Source: a virus
Taxonomy: Duplodnaviria > Caudoviricetes
Direction: 5' to 3' (one strand)
Virus record (IMG/VR): IMGVR_UViG_3300032328_000581
Span: 1 to 64,000 of that record
DNA length: 64,000 nt
The first letter of the stretch is position 1. Every line of letters begins with the position of its first letter. Below are positions 8,358-16,894 of this stretch, in pieces. The position numbers and the translations under genes are program-made. The notes under the pieces were generated by a model. The model ran no database searches and was not told where the DNA came from. It worked only from the letters and a program-made list of their open reading frames with translations.

Positions 8358-8549
8358 ATGGCAATGGTAAAACTTCAAATAACGTTTGAAGTATGCGTAT
8401 ACGAAGGACGTATAGAACCACCCTATGCTGCAGAGCATAACTGGGATCTATGGTTCTATGACCAATTCATACGTACCGCGCTTAATGATGAGTATCTTCG
8501 CCCGGGTGAGTACATCAAAGTACTCGAATGCGAAGAAGTCCCCGAGTAA
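8358..8549 (+). CDS. Hypothetical protein
   Basis: 63-aa ORF with RBS GGGAG; ends just before a terminator. Confidence 0.65.
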   Translation: MAMVKLQITFEVCVYEGRIEPPYAAEHNWDLWFYDQFIRTALNDEYLRPGEYIKVLECEEVPE

Positions 8550-8560
8550 CACACCAACAC

Positions 8561-8610
8561 AAACAACCCCGCAAGGTATCCAGAAAAATACCTTGCGGGG
8601 CTGTTTTTCT
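8561..8610 (+). terminator. Rho-independent terminator
   Basis: CCCCGCAAGGTAT/ATACCTTGCGGGG 13-bp stem followed by TGTTTTTCT. Confidence 0.85.
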
Positions 8611-8677
8611 CTCGACAGAGATACTCTCTTCAGAGTGTCATAACTATATCACAAGAAAAGAAAGGAGGAAACCACCC

Positions 8678-8929
8678 ATGCAACTTTACTTTGCAGCACT
8701 TGCACTTAAAGATAAAAACATGAAAAAGTTGGTGAGAGCCCTGCAAAAATCCGGCTTTTCAGTAACTGTAACTACACGAGGTCACGTACGTGTATTTAAC
8801 AAAGAAACAAACCAGCAAGTAATCTTATCTTCAGGTAGAACTAAAGATAGAAGAACTATATTAGAAATAAGAAAAAACCTAAAAGACATCGGCTATGACG
8901 CTAAAAAAGATGGCGTCAGTATAGGATAA
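8678..8929 (+). CDS. HicA-like (dsRBD-fold) RNase/toxin-like protein
   Basis: LxxxGFxVxxTxRGHVRV pattern; start reassigned to ATG 8678 after RBS AGGAGG; no adjacent HicB seen. Confidence 0.55.
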   Translation: MQLYFAALALKDKNMKKLVRALQKSGFSVTVTTRGHVRVFNKETNQQVILSSGRTKDRRTILEIRKNLKDIGYDAKKDGVSIG

Positions 8930-8933
8930 AAAT

Positions 8934-9050
8934 ATGAGCATATTGTTTATATGTCTAAACTGTGCAGGAGATTCTTATGAAGAACCGCACAAAGAAGAAC
9001 AAGTTCGTATGGTAACTTCTTGCCCAGATTGTTGGAGTCAAAATGGTTAA
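8934..9050 (+). CDS. Small zinc-ribbon protein (38 aa)
   Basis: Read by hand; CLNC and CPDC. Confidence 0.55.
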   Translation: MSILFICLNCAGDSYEEPHKEEQVRMVTSCPDCWSQNG

Positions 9051-9498
9051 TACATTTCTACCATTCTCAGACTACGATAAATCAGCAGAAGCCTTGGACA
9101 TAAAACGACTTGGAAAACAACGAGTAGAAGCCTTACAAATACTTAAAGCTAACTTAGGTAAAACCCAAGGTTGGAGAAACCACCCAGCTGCTGTAATGTG
9201 GCGCGGATATGAAGGACAACTTTACTTTTATATACGAGCCATCTGCTATCGGTGGACTAAATTAGGTTATCAAGATACTTGTTTACAGCAAGCAAAAGAA
9301 CTTGCAAAAGAAATACCAAGCGATAGGTTCCAACGACCTTGGTGGTTAGGTAAACGAGGATTTCACCGAAGCCACAGATCAAATCTAAAAAGAAAAGACA
9401 GCAACCACTACAAGTTTCCTGTGCCAGATGACTTACCTTATCTGTGGCCCAGGGAAGATGGCAAGTCCCTAACCCCAGTTAAAAAGAAAGGAGAGTAA
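9043..9498 (+). CDS. Pyrimidine-dimer DNA glycosylase-like protein (MSMEG_6728/DenV family)
   Basis: TFLP...LDxKRLGKQRVEALQIL...HPAAVMWRGY...PWWLG...HRSHRSNL. Confidence 0.88.
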   Translation: MVNTFLPFSDYDKSAEALDIKRLGKQRVEALQILKANLGKTQGWRNHPAAVMWRGYEGQLYFYIRAICYRWTKLGYQDTCLQQAKELAKEIPSDRFQRPWWLGKRGFHRSHRSNLKRKDSNHYKFPVPDDLPYLWPREDGKSLTPVKKKGE

Positions 9499-9499
9499 T

Positions 9500-9733
9500 A
9501 TGAACGTTGAAGTTATCGTAAAAAAAGTTGAGTTCTACTCTATGTTGCTTGAAGATGTTTCATCTATAGGGCTTCAAGAAGAGATACAAGACAGAATAGA
9601 CGCCGGAGAATACGGCGATCTAAGAAAGAACGAAGGCTGGACAATGATACATTCAGTAGATAACTACGATACGGGTGAGCCTATGAAGCTTATCCAGAAC
9701 GGAGAACAAGAAGATGAGCAACTTTACAGTTGA
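9500..9733 (+). CDS. Hypothetical protein
   Basis: 77-aa ORF with RBS AAGGAG. Confidence 0.7.
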   Translation: MNVEVIVKKVEFYSMLLEDVSSIGLQEEIQDRIDAGEYGDLRKNEGWTMIHSVDNYDTGEPMKLIQNGEQEDEQLYS

Positions 9734-10007
9734 AAAAGCGGTAATTAAGTTACCAGCAGGGTATGTAGGGTTCTGTATTTGCGGCAATTACCTTACCTAC
9801 CCAGATGAATATATAGACGGGGTTCAATGCCACGCCTGTTATATCTTTGATAGGGATCCAACAGTCCACATATGTGATCACTGTAGCTTTGTAGATGAAG
9901 CTTTCTTTGTATTCACCGATGAAGACGGAGATGAAGAAGTTGTATGCCTTGAATGCATACGATCAGAAGAACAGTACGAGTTTACAAATGAGGCAGTTCA
10001 TGCATAA
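9714..10007 (+). CDS. Cys-rich zinc-finger hypothetical protein
   Basis: CICG, CHAC, CDHC, CLEC. Confidence 0.7.
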   Translation: MSNFTVEKAVIKLPAGYVGFCICGNYLTYPDEYIDGVQCHACYIFDRDPTVHICDHCSFVDEAFFVFTDEDGDEEVVCLECIRSEEQYEFTNEAVHA

Positions 10008-10167
10008 ACATAAGTGGGAGTGGACGCCATTTTGGCACAGATATACTTGCCAATGTGGGAAAGCAAAGCCAATGAAATGTAAGGCAGCGGAAAAGATGGA
10101 GCCATGTGATTGCGATCTTCGTGCAGGAATGCCCCCCGGCACTGGGCGTAGATCGATGGTATTTTAA
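10000..10167 (+). CDS. Small Cys-rich hypothetical protein (MHKHKWEW...)
   Basis: ATG 10000 overlaps the upstream stop; CQCG and CDC. Confidence 0.55.
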   Translation: MHKHKWEWTPFWHRYTCQCGKAKPMKCKAAEKMEPCDCDLRAGMPPGTGRRSMVF

Positions 10168-10184
10168 TTAAAAAGTTTAAAAAG

Positions 10185-10233
10185 CAAACAATCCTTAACT
10201 TAAATTTGAGGGTTTTAAGTTAAGGATTGTTTG
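10185..10233. terminator. Bidirectional terminator / 20-bp perfect inverted repeat at the transcription convergence point
   Basis: CAAACAATCCTTAACTTAAA-N9-TTTAAGTTAAGGATTGTTTG between the convergent gene blocks. Confidence 0.85.
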
Positions 10234-10274
10234 TGTTGGCGGCGGCGGATACGTATGCCCAATCAGACTTAGGC

Positions 10275-10457
10275 TTATTCTTCGTCGTCGTCCCATTCAA
10301 TATCTTCAGCATCTTCGAGAAGTTCCTCTAAATCGTCATCTTCCCAGTCTTCAAAATCTTCGTCATCAATTTCTAAAGCAAAATCGACATCATCTTCCGG
10401 GCTAAGTTCTTTTGCAAAACTTTCGTCCCAATCAGGAAGATCTTTTTCATTAGACAT
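10275..10457 (-). CDS. Extremely acidic small protein (possible nucleic-acid mimic)
   Basis: More than half of the 60 residues are D/E; overlaps the RNR stop. Confidence 0.7.
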   Translation of the reverse strand: MSNEKDLPDWDESFAKELSPEDDVDFALEIDDEDFEDWEDDDLEELLEDAEDIEWDDDEE

Positions 10458-12492
10458 TCTTCATTTCCTCTCGAATTAATTTAACTTCACAAGCATCTGT
10501 TGTGCAGTAAGCCTCGCCAATTGCGTCATAAGCCATTCCTTCGTAGACCCCCTTGAGGTCAATTGGGAATAGATTCATTCTACCCTCTTCATACTCTTCT
10601 TCACTGCTAGTAGTGTAAGGCATTTGAGCGTATGTCCCAGTAGTCATTGGGAGGAACGAGACAGTCTTGAGTTGTCCGTCATACATATGGAGAGCAGTTC
10701 CTATTGAAGATGCTTCAGTCTCTGGGTTGAATGAGACGGTTACTGAGACGGAGTTGTCGGACCAGTATCGCTGCGCAGTTGCTGCGAGCGCCATCTTTTC
10801 ATATATTGAGACTTCCTTCTCGGAACGCTTAGCGTTAGATTTAATCGGGAAGAATACTACGGAGGTAGTATCTGGTGATTCTGAGGCCGGCTCTACCCGA
10901 TACTTAGCCATCTTAAATAGCGGAAGCATTGGATCTGAGTTACCAAAGCGGATAGCACGCAAAAAGAATTTTCCGCCCGGTGTCCAGTGAACTCCAGGGG
11001 ATTCCCCAGCCAGAATAGATACAGTTCCTGAAGGCTTTACAGTTGTGGTCTTAATTGACTCACGGATACCTAGCCATTCTGAGTAAGACTTGTCGTACTG
11101 TTGAATAACGGCGTAGCCCTCATCCATCCAAGTACGTAGTAGTGGCAGACCCTTGTTATCGGCAAAGTTAGCTACGCCGGATACAGATGTTCCAATACGG
11201 CGATTACGTTGCATGATTGCGTTAGTCTCTTCCCAGTGTGTTGGGATAAGGGTTACGGTCTTTGCGTATAAATAAGCAAACTTCAGGGTGCGCTTAAAGT
11301 CATCAAGATCCTCGTGGCGATTGAGATAGGTCTCTACAAGAGTACAACACTCAAAAGACTCCAAAGATTGCTCTGCGCAAGGATTGTAGCCAGATGCTCG
11401 CCAGTCTTTGTTGTTCTCTGGGTCGGCTAGTCTTCCATACTTACGAGTTAGATCCATCCAAACAACGCCAGGTTCACCATTAAGAGAAATTCCGTCAATA
11501 ATTGGGGATAGGTCAGTTCCAACGGATACCTCTACGGAGTTATTAGACATCCAACCCCATCCAGGAGACTTTGGATCGTAAGAATTACGCTCAGGATATA
11601 CTTCAGCATTCTTTAGGTTTAAGAAGTCTTGGTCATCAATTCGGCCAAGAAGAAGCTCTGCTGAACGGCGTACGTTTCCAGATACTACGCAGACCCCGAT
11701 AAGGTTTCCAATATCGGCTATGTCTCTGCGGGTAAGCTTCTCTCCGGCACGTCCTTTAAAGATAGATCTAACGTGATTGTGAAGTTTTTCTAACGGCTCG
11801 TGTCCGGCCGCGGTTCCACCAAAGGTTTTAATCGGAGTACCGGCTGGCCGAATCTGTGAATAATCAAATACTGGGCTCTTTTGGTCCGACTTAAGGAAAC
11901 TGTTAATTACAACAGCAACTGAGTCAACCCAGCCTTCGCGGGTATCTGGAATAACAATTGGGGCGGTATCTGGTTCTGGGGCATAAATCGTAAATTCTTT
12001 ATCTGCGCCCTTATCATCAAAGCCAACACCCACCCCTAACATTGAAGCTTCCATTAAGAAAGCAAATGGTTTTGCTGGATCGAGCTTGGTCATAGAACCT
12101 GTAGATACAAAAGCACAGTTTTGTAGGGCAGCTGAGTTTCTCTGCTCATTAACAATTGGGGTTCCCATAACCCATAGGCCGCGGCCGGGTGGGGTCCACT
12201 TTAGATTGAATAGGCGATCAAAAGCTTCTTTGGCTGAAGACTGGGCCTTTGCATCATTCCAAGGTAGACGGTTGGTTTTAGCGTGGTCCTTCTGGAGGGA
12301 GTACATTCCATTGATAACCCGCTCGCAAACATCAACCCAGGTCTCTTTGGTTCCGTCAGCCTTTAAACGACTGTAAGTACGAAGAAAGATGATCTCACCA
12401 ACGGAGTTACCGGCACAGTCCTCGTATCCCCAAGGGACCTTCTTTCCGCGGTAAGATTTGATAAATTCTTCGGTCAGTTTAAAAGAAAACAC
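10450..12492 (-). CDS. nrdJ: Class II (adenosylcobalamin-dependent) ribonucleotide reductase, monomeric RTPR type
   Basis: PPGRGLW, ALQNCAF, NPCAEQSLE, TTVKPSGTVS and C-terminal YCTTDAC. Confidence 0.95.
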   Translation of the reverse strand: MFSFKLTEEFIKSYRGKKVPWGYEDCAGNSVGEIIFLRTYSRLKADGTKETWVDVCERVINGMYSLQKDHAKTNRLPWNDAKAQSSAKEAFDRLFNLKWTPPGRGLWVMGTPIVNEQRNSAALQNCAFVSTGSMTKLDPAKPFAFLMEASMLGVGVGFDDKGADKEFTIYAPEPDTAPIVIPDTREGWVDSVAVVINSFLKSDQKSPVFDYSQIRPAGTPIKTFGGTAAGHEPLEKLHNHVRSIFKGRAGEKLTRRDIADIGNLIGVCVVSGNVRRSAELLLGRIDDQDFLNLKNAEVYPERNSYDPKSPGWGWMSNNSVEVSVGTDLSPIIDGISLNGEPGVVWMDLTRKYGRLADPENNKDWRASGYNPCAEQSLESFECCTLVETYLNRHEDLDDFKRTLKFAYLYAKTVTLIPTHWEETNAIMQRNRRIGTSVSGVANFADNKGLPLLRTWMDEGYAVIQQYDKSYSEWLGIRESIKTTTVKPSGTVSILAGESPGVHWTPGGKFFLRAIRFGNSDPMLPLFKMAKYRVEPASESPDTTSVVFFPIKSNAKRSEKEVSIYEKMALAATAQRYWSDNSVSVTVSFNPETEASSIGTALHMYDGQLKTVSFLPMTTGTYAQMPYTTSSEEEYEEGRMNLFPIDLKGVYEGMAYDAIGEAYCTTDACEVKLIREEMKNV

Positions 12493-12541
12493 AATGGCCC
12501 CATTCGTTGGTAAAAGTAACTGTTATATGATAAGAGTGAAA

Positions 12542-14011
12542 CTAGTTTTCGAGCTTTTCTGAGAGTATAGTTGATACTTCTGACTCAGACAAACCTTGGT
12601 TTGGGAGCTCTTTGAGCGTATTCGCTCGATCCCCAAACAGGGCAGACATTACTCCACCAGAGCTTTGACGTTCTACCGTCATGCGTACAAATTCTTTATT
12701 TTCCTCCAGTTCCTTGAGTTGCTTTACAATTTTAAATAAACGATCTATTTCTTGGGAAGTATTAGGATCTGGGTATCCGCCGTTCAATTCCTCCGCAAAT
12801 CGGGCAAAAGCGACTCTAGAACCTTGTATTTCAATGATTGTATTTAATAATCCTTTTAATTGCTCTTTAGTTTTTACCTCTACGGGTAGGTTGAAGGCAC
12901 AGCTGTTCTCAGGCTTAAAGGCCGGACAGTTAGTAGCTACGAAGCAGGTATTGCATTGGCGTAGTGAAGAAGATGAGCTAGATAACACTGGAACGTCACG
13001 TAAAACGTCTCGTCCAACCTCATCTTTTTCAATTATAGTCTTTGTTGTAACCCCAAAAACGGGCAACGGGCGCAGTTCTAAGGGGTCTCTTTCTTGCAAA
13101 TCTTTCCGCACGTCAGGGTGTCTATTATCAGGTTCTGTACCACCTGTTTCCGCATCTCCCGGGTCATCCATATACACGCTCTTATCAGATAACAGTGGTG
13201 TTTTTCGTTCATTAATGAACGCTTCTAGCTCAAGAAAAGACCAAATAGCTAGACGGGTAACCTCATTTGGATCATCTGCAATGATTAATGAATAGTCGAG
13301 ACCGGCCTTCTCGATGACTGCCTTATACCGGCTGCGGGCCTGGGCTTTCATTCTTTTAGGGTAACGAAGAAGGCGAGCGCCATCCCAGACAATTGTTTCT
13401 CCACGCATCATTGGAGACAGCCATGCTAGGGTGCTGACGGTAAGGCATTGGATCTGCCGTAAATTTTCTGGGCTCATTGAGCCAATAGCGTGGAAGGTAG
13501 TCCCAAATTGGGTAGTTAGGGCCCGTGTAATGCCGGCTAAGGACTTATCTTCTTCAATACTGTTGCCCACAATCCCCACGTGAGGGTAGGCCTTAGCTAA
13601 CCGGTGAAGCTCTGGGTGGCCATCTTTTGCCTCCCAGGTAGGAACAAAACGATCAGTACCAAAGTCTTCCCAAAAGGTATTTCTTTCAGTCGCCCGGTGC
13701 TCTGGCCCTAAAGACTGGGACGTAAACTCAAAAGCCAGCTCAATTCGGTCCTCGTTTAGAAAAACCCAATCATTGTACTCAGCATTAAAATCAAAAAGCT
13801 CTTCTGTGGTCAAGGCCGACTCATCATTGATCTTGGCATTTACATAGACAAAAACGTCATCTGGGAAGTATTCAGAAAGTAGGTAGTCTTTAGTCTTGGG
13901 TAGGCCGCGCTTTACAAGGCGCCAGTAGTTTAGGCCAATATGCTTTACGCCATTAGAGACCAGGAGTTTTCTGTGGGAAGGAACCTCTCCACCCAAAAAT
14001 ACGATATCCAT
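12542..14011 (-). CDS. TGT/DpdA-like barrel protein with a C-terminal 4-Cys cluster
   Basis: FHAIG...VSTLAW...G pattern resembles the HxxG...SxDSxxW of TGT-like phage proteins; CNTC-x5-C-x8-C; the family call is tentative. Confidence 0.4.
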   Translation of the reverse strand: MDIVFLGGEVPSHRKLLVSNGVKHIGLNYWRLVKRGLPKTKDYLLSEYFPDDVFVYVNAKINDESALTTEELFDFNAEYNDWVFLNEDRIELAFEFTSQSLGPEHRATERNTFWEDFGTDRFVPTWEAKDGHPELHRLAKAYPHVGIVGNSIEEDKSLAGITRALTTQFGTTFHAIGSMSPENLRQIQCLTVSTLAWLSPMMRGETIVWDGARLLRYPKRMKAQARSRYKAVIEKAGLDYSLIIADDPNEVTRLAIWSFLELEAFINERKTPLLSDKSVYMDDPGDAETGGTEPDNRHPDVRKDLQERDPLELRPLPVFGVTTKTIIEKDEVGRDVLRDVPVLSSSSSSLRQCNTCFVATNCPAFKPENSCAFNLPVEVKTKEQLKGLLNTIIEIQGSRVAFARFAEELNGGYPDPNTSQEIDRLFKIVKQLKELEENKEFVRMTVERQSSGGVMSALFGDRANTLKELPNQGLSESEVSTILSEKLEN

Positions 14012-14013
14012 CG

Positions 14014-14478
14014 TTACTCCCACCTATGTGCTGATAAGTCATCTAACATTAAACTTGCTTTAAATTCCTTCTGTTTTTCAAGCTCAGTTTTTAGTTCTTC
14101 CCAAGGCTTTACTTGACGTTTTGTTCTAACAAACTTTGGGGAGGCAAATAACAGCGAGGTTATCCCACTTTTAAAAGCCAATGCGCAACGGTCTACATCA
14201 GAGTCTACAAATAGCTCTACTGTAGATAGAGTCTTCATAATATCGAGTTGGCGTATTCTGAGATCTTGTCCCTCATAGCCAGAAGTATTATCAATAATGT
14301 CCGCATATCCGGAAATCATATTAGATCTAAGCCAATGCTCGGCTTCCATTTTTGTACCGTCTGTAGCAAGGACTACCCGATAACTTGGGGCTAAAACCCT
14401 AAATAGTTTTAATCCTTCGTGAATTGGATTCCCAACTTCGGTTCTAAGAACCCCGTCTAGTGAAACCAAAGCTGTCAT
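14014..14478 (-). CDS. HAD-fold protein with degenerate motif I
   Basis: LVSLDGVL (DxDG changed to SLDG), LAT, WL and LFVDSD. Confidence 0.6.
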   Translation of the reverse strand: MTALVSLDGVLRTEVGNPIHEGLKLFRVLAPSYRVVLATDGTKMEAEHWLRSNMISGYADIIDNTSGYEGQDLRIRQLDIMKTLSTVELFVDSDVDRCALAFKSGITSLLFASPKFVRTKRQVKPWEELKTELEKQKEFKASLMLDDLSAHRWE

Positions 14479-15404
14479 GGATTTTTTTGCGCTGCCCTTC
14501 GAATTAAAGTCCGTGTATCAGGCAATTCTACACCATAGGTGTCTAATTGTTCTTGTTTTTTAACCTCATCTTGATACTGTTTAATGGCCCGTAAAGCTGG
14601 TACAGTACCTGTCTTTTTACCAGCCTGCCACCTATAGTTATTAAAGTCAGAGTATCCAGATCCTGAGACGCTAAAAGCAGCTTTTCTTCCGTTATGTATG
14701 TCGTCATAAAAAGACACAGCTTGTTCTACCGAAAGCTTTAGACGTCTTTCTGCATTAAGTCTGTAAGCGTCGTTGGGGGCTGTTTTAATATCAGAAAGCG
14801 CGGCTGAGTATCTAGATACAAGCTCGGTAGCGGTATCGTAATCTCGTTGGCTCTGTTGCTCCCAAGAACGAGAGTAGGGAGCGTGAGCAGACCTATCTGG
14901 CTCTACAGTCCAGTTGTCGTTAGTTAAGTCGTACGCCGCGTAAGGGTTTAGATCTTTAATATCAGAACGAGCGTTTACATAATAGGTAAGCTCGTAGCCA
15001 TTCCAATTTTTAGTGTTAGGCATTAAGTCTAAATTAAAGCCTTCATTAAACATGCTGGCAATTTCTTGATCAGAAAGTCCAGCGTACTCATAATTTGTTT
15101 TTCTAAACTCAACATAGTTAATACCAACTAGGCAATCTAAGTCGCCTGGGTCTCGCTCTGCCGACCATTGATAAGAAACTCCGGACCCGGCCAGCCAAAT
15201 ATGAACCCACCTATTTGGTGCCGAGTACCGTACTCCGAGATGGTCAAACAAAAGCCTTGAGATATTATTTCTAACCCAAGGCTTTAGTCTGTTACCAAAG
15301 AATAGGTTAGGATCTAAGTCCGTATTTGGAGCGCTAAAGTAAGAGGTTTGGGACTCGTGTAAGCCGTCAACCTGTTCAAATTTGCTTAATTTATCGCGGT
15401 CCAT
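14475..15404 (-). CDS. Pol-beta-superfamily nucleotidyltransferase
   Basis: LAGS...GDLDCLV, ELTYYV and AAYDL. Confidence 0.75.
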   Translation of the reverse strand: MDRDKLSKFEQVDGLHESQTSYFSAPNTDLDPNLFFGNRLKPWVRNNISRLLFDHLGVRYSAPNRWVHIWLAGSGVSYQWSAERDPGDLDCLVGINYVEFRKTNYEYAGLSDQEIASMFNEGFNLDLMPNTKNWNGYELTYYVNARSDIKDLNPYAAYDLTNDNWTVEPDRSAHAPYSRSWEQQSQRDYDTATELVSRYSAALSDIKTAPNDAYRLNAERRLKLSVEQAVSFYDDIHNGRKAAFSVSGSGYSDFNNYRWQAGKKTGTVPALRAIKQYQDEVKKQEQLDTYGVELPDTRTLIRRAAQKNP

Positions 15405-15455
15405 AGGACTATTGTTCTTCCTAACCAGGTGTATGTCTAGCGAAACTAGCGGAAA

Positions 15456-15785
15456 TTAAGCAGGAGAGTTGTCTTTTTCTTCCTCTTCCTTAATGGTTTT
15501 CATGCGAGTAGTGGTGTATTCAGCGGATGCCTGTGCCTGAATATCCATTACGATGTCTGCCGCATAACGGCGAACCTCAATAAGTGTGGACTCACGCTCT
15601 ACTGGAGCATTAAAAATACGCGGGGTGCGTTCTAAAAACAGGTTTCCCTTGTCGTCTACTAAAACGGCAAAACCGAAAACAATCTTAGGAACATCTGCCT
15701 CAGCAGCTACTTCTTCAGTATGAGATGCGCCGTATTCTGCATCAGTGATTACAATTGCGTCTTCTGTGTTATCTTCGTTTGTCAT
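15456..15785 (-). CDS. Hypothetical protein
   Basis: 109-aa ORF with RBS AGGA. Confidence 0.7.
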   Translation of the reverse strand: MTNEDNTEDAIVITDAEYGASHTEEVAAEADVPKIVFGFAVLVDDKGNLFLERTPRIFNAPVERESTLIEVRRYAADIVMDIQAQASAEYTTTRMKTIKEEEEKDNSPA

Positions 15786-15801
15786 TTATTTTCCTATTCT
15801 T

Positions 15802-16368
15802 TTACTTATACATTCCGGATTGTTTACGTTGTTGTGTAACTACGTGAGATTTGACTGGGCAGAAATCACACAGGTAAATACTACTAGTAGCCGCGCTAAG
15901 TCCCAACTCTTTTCTTTCAGACTGTGTCTTTGGCACTAGCTTTTTCTTGTCAGATGCATAGTCGGGGCAACCCGCCGTAGGCCTGAGGTGCAAAGAATAG
16001 CACTTCATGGCGTCGTCAGCAAATGTGGCTTTAGTAAAGTAATACTCAGGATCTATATCAGCTAATCCTCCACCGACCTTTGTACGGAGGTTTTCAATGA
16101 TCTGTTTTCTAAACTTTTCTTGCGTCCAAAGCTTTACGCCTATTTTAGATAAGAACCCCATATGTTTGACTCCCGCAGACTCGTGCTTTTCAATTAAAAG
16201 CTCTAGTAGCGTATCATCTTCTGGGCGCCCCTCAAAGTCGGGAAGCTCTTCTATAGTTTTACATTGGTAGCAGTAAAGTAGGCGAATCTTAGGGCCTTCA
16301 TCTTTTACTTCAACGTATTCCCCACCTAGGTCAGCGGGTCCTTTGGCATTGCCGAATAAATTAGACAT
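15802..16368 (-). CDS. Hypothetical zinc-binding protein
   Basis: CYQC, C-x3-H, C and CDFC; RBS AAGGAG. Confidence 0.75.
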   Translation of the reverse strand: MSNLFGNAKGPADLGGEYVEVKDEGPKIRLLYCYQCKTIEELPDFEGRPEDDTLLELLIEKHESAGVKHMGFLSKIGVKLWTQEKFRKQIIENLRTKVGGGLADIDPEYYFTKATFADDAMKCYSLHLRPTAGCPDYASDKKKLVPKTQSERKELGLSAATSSIYLCDFCPVKSHVVTQQRKQSGMYK

Positions 16369-16405
16369 AGTACTCCTTTAATGATAAGGAGAGTCTATCA
16401 GACTA

Positions 16406-16894
16406 TTAAGCCATATCCTTCCGGCCAACCCGGGTGCGCTCAGCAAGAGTAGGCTCAGTTTTTTTAGGTTTACTAGGCGTAGATACGGGTATCTTCCTAT
16501 TTTTCATATACTCATCTTCAATATTTTCTAATTTTTTAGCGTAACGCCTTTCAGTGTACGCCTCAGATTTTGTAAGCTCTATATCACCACTTTTAACCTT
16601 TTCACCTGACTTTACCTGCTTAGGTGGAGAGACCTCTTCGTAAGGCCTACCAGCTAAAAATTTAGCTCTAGATCTGCCGGGTGAAGTAAACTCATATTTT
16701 TTATATCTTAATTGTTTTTCTGCAGCAAATTCATTAAAAGGCATGGATGTGGTAGTAGAGTTGCCGTCCGCATCTTTTACTGTAGTTTCTACCTGCTTAG
16801 CCAGCATAGACGCTATCCAGGCAACGTTGGCTTCTTTAATTAAAGAGGGAGTATCTTGACCTTCTTTTTTATTTCTTTTTGCCACGGCGCTCAC
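16406..16894 (-). CDS. Basic hypothetical protein
   Basis: 162-aa K/R-rich ORF. Confidence 0.7.
   Translation of the reverse strand: MSAVAKRNKKEGQDTPSLIKEANVAWIASMLAKQVETTVKDADGNSTTTSMPFNEFAAEKQLRYKKYEFTSPGRSRAKFLAGRPYEEVSPPKQVKSGEKVKSGDIELTKSEAYTERRYAKKLENIEDEYMKNRKIPVSTPSKPKKTEPTLAERTRVGRKDMA

Larger units (their letters stand above)
460..10239. repeat. Dispersed exact 12-mer CCAACACAAACA
   Basis: + strand copies at 460, 1181, 3196, 5127, 7173 and 8554; - strand copy at 10228-10239; one more + copy at 41779. Confidence 0.9.

Noticed and set aside
10450-12492. Intein or intron in the RNR (also checked PolA, DnaB, RecA and SNF2)
   Set aside because: Lengths are normal, ORFs are continuous and no splicing motifs were seen
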